64,000 nt of DNA from Bacteroidota bacterium (GTDB lineage Bacteria > Bacteroidota > Bacteroidia > Chitinophagales > JADIYW01). The position numbers were made by a program, and so were the translations under genes. This document shows, in pieces, positions 1-9,199 of the stretch (position 1 is its first letter; each line of letters starts with the position of its first letter). Below the pieces are notes generated by a model, which was not told where the DNA came from, made no database searches, and saw only the letters and a list, made by a program, of their open reading frames with translations. The stretch spans positions 24,385 through 88,384 of the forward strand of contig JAGQYE010000007.1 in the NCBI GenBank assembly GCA_020436225.1, read 5' to 3'.

Positions 1-101
1 TATGGACTTTTATGCAAACCTATAATAAAACCTTCCACCACTTGCTTGGCAAGAATATCTAATTGGTCGAACGAAATAAAATCTTGTTGTTGGATTTGCA
101 T
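1..101 (-). CDS. DUF58-like protein, N-terminal fragment (gene runs off the window start)
   Basis: Hand translation of the minus strand from ATG at 99-101 gives MQIQQQDFISFDQLDILAKQVVEGFIIGLHKSP. This resembles the VEGF-x-x-GLH-x-SP motif near the start of DUF58 (MoxR-associated) proteins. It is not in the ORF track because it is truncated. Confidence 0.4.
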   Translation of the reverse strand, partial: MQIQQQDFISFDQLDILAKQVVEGFIIGLHKSP

Positions 102-107
102 TTTGCT

Positions 108-148
108 AAAATAAAAATGGTTGAACGAAAAAACTATCGTTCAACCAT
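108..148 (-). terminator. Intrinsic terminator of trxA
   Basis: 12-bp perfect stem ATGGTTGAACGA/TCGTTCAACCAT (117-128 / 137-148) with an 8-nt loop. On the minus strand it is followed by TTTTATTTT (108-116), directly downstream of the trxA stop. Confidence 0.75.
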
Positions 149-170
149 TAATTTTTGTGAACAACTTATA

Positions 171-491
171 TTAAGACAAATGAGCTTCGAGTTTCTTTTT
201 CAAATCTGCTTTTGAAGCCACGCCAACGTGTTTATCTACAATTTCGCCGTTTTTGAAAAATAATAAAGTCGGAATACTCATAATGCCATATTGAGCTGCG
301 ATTTCGCGGTTGTCATCAACATTCAATTTTCCGATGGTAGCTTTGCCATCGTATTCTTTAGCTAAATCTTCAACAACAGGTCCAATTAAGCGACATGGTC
401 CGCACCATTCTGCCCAAAAGTCAACCAATGCAACGCCGGAATTGTCTAAAACATTTCCTTTAAAGTTATCGTTTGTGAGTTCTAATGCCAT
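171..491 (-). CDS. trxA: Thioredoxin
   Basis: 106 aa with the WCGPC active site and typical thioredoxin length and layout. Confidence 0.95.
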   Translation of the reverse strand: MALELTNDNFKGNVLDNSGVALVDFWAEWCGPCRLIGPVVEDLAKEYDGKATIGKLNVDDNREIAAQYGIMSIPTLLFFKNGEIVDKHVGVASKADLKKKLEAHLS

Positions 492-537
492 AATTTTGCT
501 TTTTTTATTTTAATAACAATTTTTGTTTTTGAAAGTT

Positions 538-545
538 CAAAGTTA
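538..545 (-). promoter_or_regulatory. Candidate Bacteroidota -7 box (TAACTTTG) for trxA
   Basis: Exact TAnnTTTG match on the minus strand, 46 nt upstream of the trxA ATG. Confidence 0.3.
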
Positions 546-614
546 GCAAATCTAATATTCTTACAAAAATAAGAATCTTCAATTTCGCAATAAACAACAT
601 CTATAATTTACCTA

Positions 615-914
615 TCATCTGAAAATAATTTCTTGAATGATATTATCCTGTAGTTTTTCATTTAGATTTGATTTGATTTTTTCTCTCGCCATAAATAATT
701 CTTGCTTCAGTGCCGCCGATTCCACATAAACGTATAATTTACCATTCTTATAAAACAACTTTTGCGTGTGTTTGGAAATAAATGAACCCATTAATTCGTG
801 CCAATATTTGCGTACATTCATTTCATCCATTTTACTGCCGATACGCATTTCTTTAATCATATCGTCCAATACATCTTTCAATGCTAAAAATTTACTATTT
901 CTGTAATTCGCCAA
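615..914 (-). CDS. DUF721-family protein
   Basis: 99 aa. It sits immediately downstream of recF and overlaps it by 20 nt, which is the conserved genomic position of DUF721 genes. The sequence looks like that family. Confidence 0.65.
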   Translation of the reverse strand: MANYRNSKFLALKDVLDDMIKEMRIGSKMDEMNVRKYWHELMGSFISKHTQKLFYKNGKLYVYVESAALKQELFMAREKIKSNLNEKLQDNIIQEIIFR

Positions 915-2007
915 TTGTTATAATTTTATAAGGATGAATGGAATTTTTATTTATTATTTGTAAGATTCTATTTTCATCGGTATCAGTTATAAATGTTTGT
1001 CCTATTTTCTCTGATTTGATGAGCTCAAAAATTTTATTCACTCTTGTGTTGTCTAATTTATCAAAAATATCGTCAAGAAGCAAAATAGGTTGGATTTGTT
1101 TTTTTTGTTTTAGCCATTCATATTGTGCTAATTTCAATGCGAATAAAAAAGTTTTTTGCTGACCTTGCGAACCAACTTTACGAATTGGATGTCCATTTAA
1201 CTCAAAAATTAAATCATCTGTATGTAAGCCTTTAGTCGTTCTGCCTGAATTTCTATTTTGGTATTCTGTAGATTCTAAAAGAGTAGCAAAATCATGTTGC
1301 CATAAATCTGAAGAATAGCGAATATCTATCAACTCATTTCCATCAAATATTTGTTTATATATTTCTTTAAAAATGGGCATAAATTGCTCTATGAATGATT
1401 TTCTATCTTCAAACAAACTATTACCAAATTGTACAAGTTGCTCATTATAAACAACCAATAGTGATTTATTAAAAGTCCTGCTTTCATAAAAAGATTTCAA
1501 GACAGCATTTCTCTGCAACAAAATCCTGTTATATTCCATCAACTGTTGCAGGTAAGCAGATGACGATTGTGCAATCGTTGCATCCATAAACTTTCGACGA
1601 ATATCGCTTCCAGCTAATAATAATTGGTTGTCGTCCGGCGTAATAATCACGCATGGAAATTTTCCGATATAGGTTGTTCGTTTCTCTAATTTAGATTTAT
1701 CTAACCAAATTTCTTTCTTGCTTTGCTTTTGGTTTTTAATCTCAACTTTATGATTTTCAGAATCTAAAGAAAAATCCGATTCAAGTCTAAAAAAATCTGA
1801 ATCTAAATGTGTAACATAACTATCAGATGAAGATGTATAGCTTTTAGTAAAACAAGAATAGTAAATAGAATCCAATAAATTGGTTTTACCCGTTCCGTTT
1901 TTGCCCACAAGACAATTGAGTTGCTCATCAAAAGAAAAGGCATGGAATTGGTAATTCTTGAAATTGGTGAGCGTAATTTCTCTAATTTTAAGCGATTTTA
2001 CTGCCAT
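895..2007 (-). CDS. recF: DNA replication/repair protein RecF
   Basis: 370 aa with Walker A GKNGTGKTN near the N-terminus, Walker B-like ILLLDDIFDKLD, and the SMC-like ABC ATPase layout typical of RecF. Confidence 0.93.
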   Translation of the reverse strand: MAVKSLKIREITLTNFKNYQFHAFSFDEQLNCLVGKNGTGKTNLLDSIYYSCFTKSYTSSSDSYVTHLDSDFFRLESDFSLDSENHKVEIKNQKQSKKEIWLDKSKLEKRTTYIGKFPCVIITPDDNQLLLAGSDIRRKFMDATIAQSSSAYLQQLMEYNRILLQRNAVLKSFYESRTFNKSLLVVYNEQLVQFGNSLFEDRKSFIEQFMPIFKEIYKQIFDGNELIDIRYSSDLWQHDFATLLESTEYQNRNSGRTTKGLHTDDLIFELNGHPIRKVGSQGQQKTFLFALKLAQYEWLKQKKQIQPILLLDDIFDKLDNTRVNKIFELIKSEKIGQTFITDTDENRILQIINKNSIHPYKIITIGELQK

Positions 2008-2011
2008 TTTT

Positions 2012-2019
2012 CAAAGATA
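2012..2019 (-). promoter_or_regulatory. Candidate -7 box (TATCTTTG) for recF, 4 nt from the ATG
   Basis: Exact TAnnTTTG match on the minus strand. The sequence reads TATCTTTG-aaaa-ATG. Confidence 0.45.
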
Positions 2020-2081
2020 CACGCATTGCGATGAAGAAATAGAATCGTGGATAAAAAATTTTTAAAATACATTAAAAATCG

Positions 2082-2089
2082 TACCTTTG
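2082..2089 (+). promoter_or_regulatory. Candidate -7 box (TACCTTTG) for the TPR protein gene
   Basis: Exact TAnnTTTG match 20 nt upstream of the ATG at 2110. It lies inside the longest-ORF extension (2047), which argues for the 2110 start. Confidence 0.45.
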
Positions 2090-2109
2090 CGCTCAATTTT
2101 ATAATTAAT

Positions 2110-2814
2110 ATGGCAAAGAAGAAAAATAAACAAGAAGAGCACGATATTTTGTTGGAAGGCAATGAACAATTGTCAAATATGTTCAACAATGCAGAATACT
2201 ATTTCGAACAATATAAAAATATTATCATTGGAGTTATAGTAGCCATAATACTTTTAATCGCCGGAATTTGGGGTTATAAAAATTTAATTAAAGGTCCGAA
2301 AGAAGAAAAAGCGCAAAATGCAATTGTTGACGCTCAAAATTATTTCGAGACAGATTCAATGCAATTAGCATTAAATGGAGACGGAAGCAGCTTAGGATTT
2401 GCAGCCATTGCTAAACAATATAGCGGAACGCCAGCCGGAAATAGAGCAAATTTTGGTGCCGGCATTGCCAGCCTTAGATTGGGAAAATATGCCGATGCTA
2501 TTAACTACTTAGATAAATTTTCTACTGAAGATCCTATTTTAAAAGCAAGAAAATACGGTTGTATGGGCGATGCGTATGCTGAGCAAAAACAAATGGATAA
2601 AGCGATAGAAAATTATAAGAAAGCGGTTGATGCAGCTAAAAATGAAATTACAGCACCAACTTACCTTTTCCGCGCTGCACTTGCTCTTGCTCAAAAAGGA
2701 AATAAAAAAGAAGCTTTAGAACTTTATAAAAGAGTGAAAGACGAATATCCTCAATCACAAGAAGGTATGGCTGCACAGATTTATATTGCTCAATTAGAAG
2801 CTCAAGCACTTTAA
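2110..2814 (+). CDS. Membrane-anchored tetratricopeptide-repeat protein (YfgM-like)
   Basis: Starts MAKKKNKQEE, followed by one TM helix (IIIGVIVAIILLIAGIWGY) and TPR-like A/Y/L-rich repeats. The start was moved from 2047 to 2110 because of the upstream promoter box. Confidence 0.6.
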   Translation: MAKKKNKQEEHDILLEGNEQLSNMFNNAEYYFEQYKNIIIGVIVAIILLIAGIWGYKNLIKGPKEEKAQNAIVDAQNYFETDSMQLALNGDGSSLGFAAIAKQYSGTPAGNRANFGAGIASLRLGKYADAINYLDKFSTEDPILKARKYGCMGDAYAEQKQMDKAIENYKKAVDAAKNEITAPTYLFRAALALAQKGNKKEALELYKRVKDEYPQSQEGMAAQIYIAQLEAQAL

Positions 2815-2847
2815 GCAATTAATATTTTATAGAAATTATTTTCGGAT

Positions 2848-3324
2848 ATGGCTTCCGCACTTCAAAATCTTTCCAATTACGATAGTGAAAAAATTCCTTC
2901 CGGGAAAGGAAAGTCGATTGGGATTATTGTGGCAGAATGGAATAAGCATATTACTTTCGAATTACTGAAAGGTTGCGTGGAAACTTTAGAAAAACACGAT
3001 GTTCAGCATGCTGACATTCATATTCGTTTTGTTCCGGGCACATTTGAGTTGCCATTTGCAGCTAAAAGTTTAGCACAAAACCAGCATTTATCTTCTGTAA
3101 TATGTTTAGGTTGTGTAATTAAAGGCGAAACCGACCACGATATTTATATCAATACATCAGTTGCAAATGCATTGCAAAACTTAAATCTACAATTTGACAT
3201 TCCATTTATTTTTGGCGTTTTAACTCCAAATAATGAACAACAAGCACTCGACCGCGCCGGCGGCAAACATGGCAACAAAGGCATTGAAGCAGCAGTTACT
3301 GCATTAAAAATGATTGCACTTTAA
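2848..3324 (+). CDS. ribH: 6,7-dimethyl-8-ribityllumazine synthase
   Basis: 158 aa with typical lumazine synthase sequence (IGIIVAEWN, VPGTFELP, GVLT, RAGGKHGNKG). Confidence 0.92.
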   Translation: MASALQNLSNYDSEKIPSGKGKSIGIIVAEWNKHITFELLKGCVETLEKHDVQHADIHIRFVPGTFELPFAAKSLAQNQHLSSVICLGCVIKGETDHDIYINTSVANALQNLNLQFDIPFIFGVLTPNNEQQALDRAGGKHGNKGIEAAVTALKMIAL

Positions 3325-3433
3325 TCTTTTATTTTTAAATTTCCAATCATGGAAACATTAATATGCAATCTGATGTTTTCTATATAAAAATCCTTGTCTT
3401 TTATTTTTTGTATCTTTAAATACAATTCTGTTT

Positions 3434-4270
3434 ATGCGATTATTTACAATAGATACCGGTTATTTTAAGTTAGATGGTGGAGCCATGTTTGGAGTAGTGC
3501 CCAAAACGATGTGGCAAAAATTAAATCCGCCAGATGAGAATAATATGTGCACTTGGGCAATGCGTTGTCTTTTAATTGAAGACAAAGAAAGGCTAATGTT
3601 AGTTGATACCGGAATGGGCGATTTTATCAGCGATACCTATAAAAAAAGATATCAACCTTTTGGGGAAGATAGCTTAGAAAGTTCTTTAGCTAAACATGGT
3701 TTTACACCAAATGATATCACTGACGTTTTTCTTACACATTTACATTTCGACCATTGTATTGGTGCGCTTAAAGATGATGGTAAAGGAAAACCAACTTTGC
3801 GTTTTCCCAATGCTACACATTGGACTTCTGTTACACAATGGCAATCAGCATTGAATCCAAATGTAAGAGAAAAAGCTTCTTATCTATCTGAATATTTAGA
3901 AGCTATTCAAGCAAGTAATAAATTGAATTTTGTTGAAAACGGCGAACTGAATATGCCAAATGTAGAACTTGAATTTATGTTTGGACATACAGAATCGATG
4001 ATACTTTTGCATATTTATAAAGATGATCAAACAATATCATATTGCGCTGATTTAATTCCATCTCATCACCATATCAAATTGCCATATATCATGGCTTACG
4101 ACATCCGCCCATTAGAAAGTTTAAAAGAAAAAACTATTTTCTTAGAAAAAGCATTAGAAAACAATCACATTCTTTTCTTCGAACATGATAAAGACATTGA
4201 ATGCTGTACATTAAAGCGCACAGAAAAAGGTATAGAATTTGATAAATTGATGAAATTAGCAGAGATATAA
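3434..4270 (+). CDS. MBL-fold metallo-hydrolase
   Basis: 278 aa with the HxHxDH motif (THLHFDH) and the downstream His/Asp pattern of metallo-beta-lactamase-fold enzymes. Confidence 0.8.
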   Translation: MRLFTIDTGYFKLDGGAMFGVVPKTMWQKLNPPDENNMCTWAMRCLLIEDKERLMLVDTGMGDFISDTYKKRYQPFGEDSLESSLAKHGFTPNDITDVFLTHLHFDHCIGALKDDGKGKPTLRFPNATHWTSVTQWQSALNPNVREKASYLSEYLEAIQASNKLNFVENGELNMPNVELEFMFGHTESMILLHIYKDDQTISYCADLIPSHHHIKLPYIMAYDIRPLESLKEKTIFLEKALENNHILFFEHDKDIECCTLKRTEKGIEFDKLMKLAEI

Positions 4271-5799
4271 TGTATTTCTATAGTTTTAAAAAAGATAAAA
4301 ATTCCCATTTAAATCCAAGCATTCTTTGCTTTATATTTTTAATTACTATATGTCAAATTTCATTTGCACAAATGCAAAAAGCTGATGCATTATACAACGA
4401 TTACAAATATGCACAAGCAATAGAAATATATAAACCATTAGCAGATAAAGGAAATTTAAGTGCCATAAGAAAAATTGCTGCGTGTTACAGAAAAATAAAT
4501 GATTACACTAATGCAGAGAAATATTATGCAATTGAAGTGAGCAAAAAAAATGTGATTCCATCTTCCTATTTATATTACGGACAAGTGTTAATGGCAAACG
4601 AAAAATATGAAGATGCGCAACAATGGTTAGAGAAATATTTAGCTTCAACAAATCCTCGCGATTCAACAATTGCCAAAACCTTATTGATTTCCTGTAGAAA
4701 ATCAAAAACAGATTTAACTACAGAACGAAAAATAGAAGTTGAGAATCTGCATCAACTCAACACAAGTGCTTCAGATTTTTGTGCTGTTCCTATAGAAAAT
4801 GGAATTTTATTTACATCTACAAGTGAAGGTAAAACCAACGGAACTTCCGGCGATGCCTACCAACAAATTTATATTGCCCATTACTTAAGCGATTCTACTT
4901 TCAAAATTGAATCCCTAAAAGGTGTAGTTAACTCAAAAAATTACAATAGCGGGCCGGCTTGTGTAGATACACTTCGAGATATATTGTATTTTACCAAAAA
5001 TAATTATCAATATGGAGATGCTGTTTTAAATAAAAAAGGCGATGTAACGCTGAAAATATATTCAGCAAAAAAGAACAATAATGCTTGGAAAGATAGTAAA
5101 GAATTGGAGTTTAACGGGAAAGAATATTCCTGCGCATTTCCAAGCATAAATAGCGATGGAACGATTATCTTTTTTACGTCAGATAGAGCAGGTGGATATG
5201 GCGGAAAAGACATATACTATTCTGTCAACAATAACGGCATTTGGAGTAAACCAAAGAATGCAGGCAATAAAATAAATACTGCCGGAGATGAGCGTTATCC
5301 ATTTATTCATCCGGATGGAACGCTTTACTTCTCCTCTACCGGGCTTCCGGGATTTGGTGGAATGGATATTTATAAGAGTGTTCCGAATAAATTAGGAGAA
5401 TTTGGAAATCCGGAAAATTTAGGAAAGCCTTTTAACAGTCCTACAGACGATTTTGGTTTTTATTTGGATAGAGATGCAGAAACCGGTTTTTTTTCATCTA
5501 ATAGAAATGGTGGTGAAGGAAGTGATGATATTTATCGATTTACATTTTTAGATATTCCGTTAAATTTGAAATTGTATTGCGATGGAAAATTAGCAGACGA
5601 CATCCACGTTAAAATAGAAGAAAATGGAAAAATTATCTCGGAAATAAACACCAACAAAACACTTTCTATATTATTAGATACTAATAAAAACTATCAAATA
5701 ACATGTTCAAAAGTTGGTTTTAAATCAGAAATATTAGAAGTAAAAACCGGCACCTCAAAAAAAGCGATTTATAAATCTGTAAATTTATTGGCAAAGTAA
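4270..5799 (+). CDS. Secreted TPR plus PD40/TolB-like beta-propeller repeat protein
   Basis: 509 aa with a signal-like N-terminus and TPR segments. PD40-type repeats recur (DGTIIFFTSDRAGGYGGKDIYYS, DGTLYFSSTGLPGFGGMDIYKS, TGFFSSNRNGGEGSDDIYRF). This matches the N-terminal architecture of Bacteroidota OmpA-family proteins, but no OmpA domain is seen. Confidence 0.65.
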   Translation: MYFYSFKKDKNSHLNPSILCFIFLITICQISFAQMQKADALYNDYKYAQAIEIYKPLADKGNLSAIRKIAACYRKINDYTNAEKYYAIEVSKKNVIPSSYLYYGQVLMANEKYEDAQQWLEKYLASTNPRDSTIAKTLLISCRKSKTDLTTERKIEVENLHQLNTSASDFCAVPIENGILFTSTSEGKTNGTSGDAYQQIYIAHYLSDSTFKIESLKGVVNSKNYNSGPACVDTLRDILYFTKNNYQYGDAVLNKKGDVTLKIYSAKKNNNAWKDSKELEFNGKEYSCAFPSINSDGTIIFFTSDRAGGYGGKDIYYSVNNNGIWSKPKNAGNKINTAGDERYPFIHPDGTLYFSSTGLPGFGGMDIYKSVPNKLGEFGNPENLGKPFNSPTDDFGFYLDRDAETGFFSSNRNGGEGSDDIYRFTFLDIPLNLKLYCDGKLADDIHVKIEENGKIISEINTNKTLSILLDTNKNYQITCSKVGFKSEILEVKTGTSKKAIYKSVNLLAK

Positions 5800-5832
5800 T
5801 CTAAGCAATCCAATTTCAATTTAAAAAAAACA

Positions 5833-5840
5833 TATTTTTG
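5833..5840 (+). promoter_or_regulatory. Candidate -7 box (TATTTTTG) for the polyprenyl synthase gene
   Basis: Exact TAnnTTTG match 15 nt upstream of the ATG at 5856. It overlaps the TTG start of the longest ORF (5838), so the ATG at 5856 is preferred. Confidence 0.45.
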
Positions 5841-5855
5841 CCTAAATTCAATGCA

Positions 5856-6830
5856 ATGCATTCTATAGAAGAAATACGAACAATTTTCACGTCCTATCTT
5901 CAACAAGAAACCATTCTTCGTGAACCAAAAAATTTATACGAACCGAATACATATTTCTTACAAATTGGCGGCAAACGTTTGCGTCCATGTTTATTGATTT
6001 TGGCAACAGAAATATTTGGTGGCAAAACAGAAGAAGCACTTGCTGCTGCATTGGCAATTGAGTATTTTCATAATTTCACATTGATACATGATGATGTAAT
6101 GGATAAAGCACCTGTTCGAAGAGGCTTTACAACTATCCACGAAAAATACAATTTGAATACAGCAATTTTAAGTGGTGATGTGTTGATGATAAAAGCCTGT
6201 GAATATCTGGCGAAAGTAAATCCAATTTATTTTAAAACCATTTTTGACATCTACACACAAACAGCGATTGAAGTTTGCGAAGGTCAACAATATGATATGG
6301 ACTTTGAAAACGAATCTATTGTTTCGCAAGATGCTTATATAGAAATGATTCGTTTAAAAACAGCTGTGTTATTAGCTGCTGCCATGAAAATTGGTGCTAT
6401 ACTTGGACATGCAAAACAGGAAGATGCTGATTTATTATATACTTATGCCGAAAATTTAGGCATTGCATTTCAAATTCAAGATGATATTCTTGATTGTTAT
6501 GGCGCCGAAAATTTAGTAGGCAAACAAGTTGGTGGCGATATCATCCAAAATAAGAAAACATTGTTGCTCATTTATGCAATAGAACAAAGTAAACAAAACA
6601 ACGATTCAACTTTAAGTGCTATTCTTCAAAATAAATCTATCTCAGATAAAGAAAAAGTAAATGCTGTGTTGGAAATTTATGATCGATACAACACTCAAAA
6701 ATATGCAGAAGAAAAACGCGACAAGTACGTTTTTGATGCACAAGAAGCCTTGCAGAAAATAAATTTAGCTGACAATAAAAAAGATATCTTAAAACAACTA
6801 ATCAGCTATTTAGTTATGCGTGCTTACTAA
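5856..6830 (+). CDS. Polyprenyl diphosphate synthase (trans-isoprenyl, chain length not determinable)
   Basis: Carries both aspartate-rich motifs (IHDDVMD and IQDDILD) and has typical family length. Confidence 0.88.
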   Translation: MHSIEEIRTIFTSYLQQETILREPKNLYEPNTYFLQIGGKRLRPCLLILATEIFGGKTEEALAAALAIEYFHNFTLIHDDVMDKAPVRRGFTTIHEKYNLNTAILSGDVLMIKACEYLAKVNPIYFKTIFDIYTQTAIEVCEGQQYDMDFENESIVSQDAYIEMIRLKTAVLLAAAMKIGAILGHAKQEDADLLYTYAENLGIAFQIQDDILDCYGAENLVGKQVGGDIIQNKKTLLLIYAIEQSKQNNDSTLSAILQNKSISDKEKVNAVLEIYDRYNTQKYAEEKRDKYVFDAQEALQKINLADNKKDILKQLISYLVMRAY

Positions 6831-6831
6831 A

Positions 6832-7272
6832 TTATGGAAGTGCAGTTTTAGCCCAATTTATTACGGCTGACTTTTGTGCTGCTGTCAACTTTGCATCGCG
6901 ATGCACAAGCGTGTAGGAAAACAACGGCATTTCGTCTTTCTCTAAAGTTTCTACAACTTCTTCTAATTTATGTCTTGCTTTTTTATCTGTATAAGATCCA
7001 AAATCAGAGAAATTTAAATGTCTTTTGCCATTGTTAATATGTCTGTTTAACCACCAACTTACCGGTTGTATTTTGCTATACCATGGATATCTTGTATTGT
7101 TGCTATGACAATCATAACAGGCCACTTGCAAAATTTGCTGAACATCTTGAGGAACGTTGGTTACTTTAGTAATATCGGTAGCCATTATTTCTGAGCTCAC
7201 ATTTTTCTTTGGATGAAAGAATTGAATCACCAATAAAACAAGCAGAAATATTATTGTAATTTTACGTTTCAT
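6832..7272 (-). CDS. Haem-binding domain protein (CxxCH)
   Basis: Has an N-terminal TM/signal segment (MKRKITIIFLLVLLVIQFF) and a CYDCH haem c attachment motif. It resembles the Haem_bd family. The start is set at the ATG (7272) rather than the TTG at 7302. Confidence 0.65.
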   Translation of the reverse strand: MKRKITIIFLLVLLVIQFFHPKKNVSSEIMATDITKVTNVPQDVQQILQVACYDCHSNNTRYPWYSKIQPVSWWLNRHINNGKRHLNFSDFGSYTDKKARHKLEEVVETLEKDEMPLFSYTLVHRDAKLTAAQKSAVINWAKTALP

Positions 7273-7376
7273 TTTATCATTTTTTCGTTTAACAATTTTC
7301 AATCAATTAAGTTTAGAAAGAATTATTGACAAACTAATGAAATTTATTTAAAAATAAAAAAAGAAATGAATAGAAT

Positions 7377-8066
7377 ATGAAGAAGTTGATGTTATTATTT
7401 ATTATTTTCTCTGTTGCTTCCATTATAAAGGCATCAAATAGTTATTTAAAGGTGCTTTATATTGCAGATTCTACAATTGAAAAAGATGGACATTTATGCT
7501 TGTTTGTACGAGAAAATCCAAGCGATAGCTTTTCCATTTTTGAGCATCAGATTGAAGGATTTACGTTTGAAAATGGTTATGAATACTGTATTTTAGTAGA
7601 AGTACAAACAAAAGTTGATTCTTCTATTCTAAATAAAAATCCAACTACTTCGACGGTATATACTTTAAGTGAAATTAAATCTAAACACAAAACATCTTCC
7701 TCATTCTCATCTGCAAAAAATTTCATACCAGACAGCAGCAAATGGACTTTATATAAATTGCGTTTACAAGATGGAACCAAAACTTTTACATTGCAACAAG
7801 CATTTATTTTATTTGATGCACAACGCAATATTATTTCCGGCAATACTGATTGCAATACATTTACCGCAGATTTTTCGGTAGATAGCAATCAAATCCAAAT
7901 ACACAACATCATTATTTCAAAAATGACCTGTAAAAAACATTCCATTGAAAAGATGTTTTTACAAATGCTGAATAATTCAACGCAATACATCATAAAAAAG
8001 AAATTACTCTACTTCTATCAACAAAAAAAATTACTCGGAATTTTTATTCGAAAAGCTGATATATAA
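7377..8066 (+). CDS. Secreted DUF4377 plus META (HslJ-like) domain protein
   Basis: 229 aa with a signal peptide. The C-terminal half resembles the META domain (NIISGNTDCNTFTADFSV, ISKMTC). Confidence 0.55.
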   Translation: MKKLMLLFIIFSVASIIKASNSYLKVLYIADSTIEKDGHLCLFVRENPSDSFSIFEHQIEGFTFENGYEYCILVEVQTKVDSSILNKNPTTSTVYTLSEIKSKHKTSSSFSSAKNFIPDSSKWTLYKLRLQDGTKTFTLQQAFILFDAQRNIISGNTDCNTFTADFSVDSNQIQIHNIIISKMTCKKHSIEKMFLQMLNNSTQYIIKKKLLYFYQQKKLLGIFIRKADI

Positions 8067-8095
8067 AAAAGCCTTGAACTACGTTCAAGGCTTTT
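8065..8095. terminator. Bidirectional intrinsic terminator between convergent genes
   Basis: A6 - GCCTTGAAC - tac - GTTCAAGGC - T4. The 9-bp GC-containing stem is flanked by an A-run and a T-run, between the 7377-8066 (+) and 8119-9096 (-) genes. Confidence 0.8.
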
Positions 8096-8118
8096 CATCT
8101 TTAATAAAAATTAGAAAT

Positions 8119-9096
8119 TTATTTATTCACTTTTACTTTGTAAAAACCGGAATTTCCTTTATCATAAACCGTTTCATAAATTGAAATATAAATATTTCCT
8201 TCTTCGCTTGCTGTACCTTCATAGTTAGAGCCGGCTTGAGTGATTGTTCCATAAGTACCAATTCTATAAACCACTGAACCATATTTTGTTTCCATATCAT
8301 CTGTATAGGCAGCATCCTTTTTGCCACTCATCCAACCATCCGGATTGTATGTGCCGCCGGATAAACTTTTCAATACTACTTTTCCGCTTGCAGTAATTGT
8401 AAATTTATCACCAGGTTTTACGCTAACACCTGTATTTACCCAACCTTTATCATTTTCATTTCCTGAAATATTTACATTTCCTTTCAAGATAAATGAACCA
8501 TCTGTTGAAACGATTAATGGAGAAATATCTAAACTTTCAATTTTATCTCTTTTAAAAACTAAATTTCCATAATCAGATTGAATAGTGATATCGCCAAAGT
8601 TTACTGAACCTTCGATATAATTAGAGCCATCGAAGGTAATCGCATCGTTTACATCATCTCCATTTTGCAATCCTGCTTTTTGATATAATGCATCGATTAA
8701 TTGCTCAATCGTGTAATTTTCATTGGAAGAAACCTGATAGAAAGGATTTTCAGTAAAGTTGATAACTGTAGCAAGAATTGGAGTTCCATAGCCTAACAAA
8801 CGCTCGTAAATTGATTTTGCATCTGTTTCTGAAACAGTTTGTAGCTTATTCAAATCAGGCAATACAGCACCATCTTTAGTATGGTCAGATACTATACCTA
8901 ATTTTAAATTCGTTATCTTCTCAATCGGAATTTTTAAATTTCCATAAGCCGAGGAAATAGAAAGATTAGGTAAATCTGCTTTGCCTGTTACCACATCTCC
9001 GTTTTTTAATTTTACTGTTATGTTGACATTGTTCTTAGCCGGAAGAAGACTTGCCAAGCATAAAAGGATAGAAAAAATTGCAATTTTACTTTTCAT
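8119..9096 (-). CDS. Secreted protein with a C-terminal PA-IL/LecA-like (lectin-fold) domain
   Basis: The start is set at MKSKIAIFSILLCLASLL (signal peptide). The C-terminal ~110 aa (KPGDKFTITASGKV, YGSVVYRIG, GNIYISIYE, GNSGFYKVKV) follows the spacing of the Pseudomonas LecA pattern (NPGDVITIVAAG, ALVMKIG, ITLIYND, NNSGSFSVNI). Two internal YGNL-containing repeats lie upstream. Confidence 0.4.
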   Translation of the reverse strand: MKSKIAIFSILLCLASLLPAKNNVNITVKLKNGDVVTGKADLPNLSISSAYGNLKIPIEKITNLKLGIVSDHTKDGAVLPDLNKLQTVSETDAKSIYERLLGYGTPILATVINFTENPFYQVSSNENYTIEQLIDALYQKAGLQNGDDVNDAITFDGSNYIEGSVNFGDITIQSDYGNLVFKRDKIESLDISPLIVSTDGSFILKGNVNISGNENDKGWVNTGVSVKPGDKFTITASGKVVLKSLSGGTYNPDGWMSGKKDAAYTDDMETKYGSVVYRIGTYGTITQAGSNYEGTASEEGNIYISIYETVYDKGNSGFYKVKVNK

Positions 9097-9199
9097 AATT
9101 ATTTGTTTTAATGTTTTTAAATATAGGTTATAAATAGGAAATGTCAAAACATAAATCAAACGAATTAACAAAATATAAGAAGATAGATGAATGTTGATT

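Noticed and set aside
1998-2189. 63-aa ORF spanning the recF/TPR divergent promoter region
   Set aside because: It overlaps two candidate promoter boxes and the TPR gene start, and its Cys/Phe-rich composition is typical of a spurious ORF.
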